A stretch of 64,000 nt of DNA from Azolla caroliniana. Lineage: Eukaryota; Plantae; Polypodiophyta. The stretch is from contig JBHGNT010000008.1 of the NCBI GenBank assembly GCA_043228905.1, forward strand, positions 9,114,001 to 9,178,000, written 5' to 3'. The notes beneath the pieces are model-generated. The model was given only the letters and a program-made list of their open reading frames with translations. It searched no databases and had not been told where the DNA came from. Positions within the stretch are counted from its first letter, which is position 1. The number at the start of each line of letters is the position of its first letter. Below are positions 61,838-64,000 of the stretch, in pieces. Made by a program: the position numbers and the translations under genes.

Positions 61838-64000
61838 ATGATCATGCCGCACCGATTGTCTGCTCCGATGCCATTGTACGATTCGGATGTCCCTGTCAAC
61901 AATATCACTACACCATGCTACCTTCAGTTGTCGGATACTCCAACCAATAGTTTCGGCGCACCTCCGCATGAAGTATCCAACACAAGGTATTTCCAGTGGC
62001 CGCTTGCATTGCCGGCCCTATGTGTCCGCGGAACTGCAGACGACAGGGCCGCCTACTTTAGCGGTTTGCGGGCACAATTCCATGCCCACCTTAGCTCCCA
62101 CATGCCTCAAGACCACAATGTCCTTGACTTCATACCCAATCTTGATCACCATAACTCTACTCATAACGCACCTGAAGGATTGCAACAGTACAGACATGCA
62201 TGCACCCTAATTGAGCTAATGACCATACGAGCATTCCATAGTAAGCTACTCCGGCGATTTAGCCTCGGCACGGCGATCGGCTTCCGGAGCCGCAATGGAG
62301 AGCTCACCGATCTCCCTGCCATTCTTGTATTCGTTGCCCACAAAGTCCATAAAGAATGGCTCCAACAATGTGAGGTGCTTCCGACCGTGCTTGAGGTGTG
62401 TGAATCGTCACACGCCAAATAGCAATGTAATCGAATTTCCATGATAATATGTATATATATATATATATATTCATGTCCACATACCGGAATAATGATGGCA
62501 TCGCTAATATTAATCCTATCAATCGATCCGTATATTGAAATGAAAGTTTTCTTGTTGGGTTGTCATGGAAGTTTTCTTGTTGTGTTTTCATGGGCTCTAC
62601 TTATAAGATGTGTAGTAGGTGTCAAGTTTAGGTGTCCCCCCCAACCCCCCATTTCTTTTCTTTAAATCTACAACATTTGCACTTGGAAACGTTAATAATG
62701 ATCTCTTCGTGCGCTTGACAGGGGCCGAATGGTTTATGGTGTGATGTCGATGTTGTCGAATTCTCTTACTATGGGACTAGTCCAGTTACCGCGCCCAAGG
62801 AGCAACTACATACAGAGTTGGTCCAAGGTTTACAAGGAAATGACACCCATATAGGCCCCGGTTCCCAGGTAACAACTCTCGCCAAATGTTTCGCCATTTT
62901 GCATTCTTGGGAAGTAAGTTAGGAGCCAATCTTTCTTGGTGAATAATAGACCATATCGATCACATAAACTCGGCAAGCTTGTGCAACAACATCTACGAAA
63001 TTCGAAGAACAAAAGTATGCCCTCTCACAAAAGAGAAACTTGTGTTTCTGAATCCAAAGAGTTTTTCAAAATATATTTTAAAAGAAAGAGAGAGGGGCTA
63101 AAATGGTCCTAGATACATAATTGCATACATATATTGCTTTAAATGCAACTAGTTTGAGTTGTGGTCACTCATGAAAATCTGAGTTTCCCAAATTTAGTTG
63201 TAGCTAATTGATTCACATGAAGATTGAATGTATATGGACACAATCTTCTTGATTAATAGGCTTTCGAATTTTCAAATAAATTAAACACATGAAATCATTA
63301 TCTATGCTTATTATAGGTGGCAAGCCAGGACACATATGGGACCCTGGGAGCGATCGTCCAAAGCAAGATAGGCACTCGACAAGTCGGTTTCCTGACGAAT
63401 CGGCGCATTGCAGTGGATTTGGACTATCCTAACCAGAAAATGTACCATCCATTGCCGCCGAACCTCGGGCCCGGCATATACATTGGGGCTGTCGAGAGGG
63501 CTACCTCCTTCATAACTGACAACTTATGGTACGGAATTTTCGCGAGCATGAATCCAGGTTCGGTCGAACTACCCTTCTATCGTTCTTCCGGTTTAGGGTT
63601 TAGGGTTTAGGGTTTACTTCTCCACGCGTGCTTTTGATCATTGTTCATCGCTATTTACATCGTCATTGTCATTCCAGAGACATTTGTTAGGGCCGACGGA
63701 GCCTTCATACCATTCGATGAATGTTTCGATATGTCAAGGGTGACGACTACCGTGAACGGCCTAGGGGATATGGGAGAGGTCATGGCTATAGATCTTGAAG
63801 CTCCTGTAGGAAGCATTGTGGGGAGGCAGGTAGTAAAAGTAGGCCGGAGCTCGGGGATCACAAAGGGCCGCATTATGGCATATGCTCTCGAATATGAGGA
63901 CGAAAAGGGGCTGTGCTTATTCAAGGATTTTGTCATCGTCGGCAAGAATAAGCGAGCATTTGATCTCGAAGGTGATAGCGGGAGCTTGATTCTCCTAATG
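61838..64000 (+). CDS. NAL1: NARROW LEAF 1-like trypsin-fold protein, 3'-partial; exons about 61838-62395, 62722-62868, 63317-63557, 63678-end
   Basis: ELMTIRAFHSKLLRRFSLGTAIGFR, WCDVDVVEFSYYG, VASQDTYGTLGAIV, ETFVRADGAFIPF, KVGRSSG and FDLEGDSGSLI. GT-AG junctions keep frame. The start codon is uncertain, and the symbol denotes the family rather than proven orthology. Confidence 0.9.
63591..63616 (+). repeat. Plant telomere-type (TTTAGGG)3 tract in intron 3 of the NAL1-like gene
   Basis: GTTTAGGGTTTAGGGTTTAGGGTTTA. Confidence 0.9.

Overview
Eukaryotic, land-plant nuclear DNA. It is probably a fern or other seed-free plant, inferred from a Tcn1-type self-priming chromovirus plus spliced plant genes. 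About three quarters of the window is nested transposon DNA around two host genes: a 5-exon chloroplast RNC1 (26616-31953) and a NAL1-like trypsin-fold gene running off the right end (from about 61838). Target-site duplications (TSDs) resolve three nests. (1) A Ty1/copia element at 6706-25980 carries an 8-bp-TSD DNA transposon, a solo LTR and a younger related copia. (2) A Ty3/Tat-like relic carries a non-coding LTR element (36622-44999) with captured gene fragments, itself hit by an intact copia. (3) A copia relic carries a solo LTR and a near-intact chromovirus. The standout is the 7.9-kb element at 7355-15256: bipartite 49-bp TIRs, an exact 8-bp TSD, and a spliced transposase with P-element/THAP9-type catalytic motifs, a superfamily I do not know from land plants. 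Next is the 36622-44999 element, which has an inverted tRNA primer-binding site where the polypurine tract should be. All calls come from reading the sequence by eye; no searches were run.
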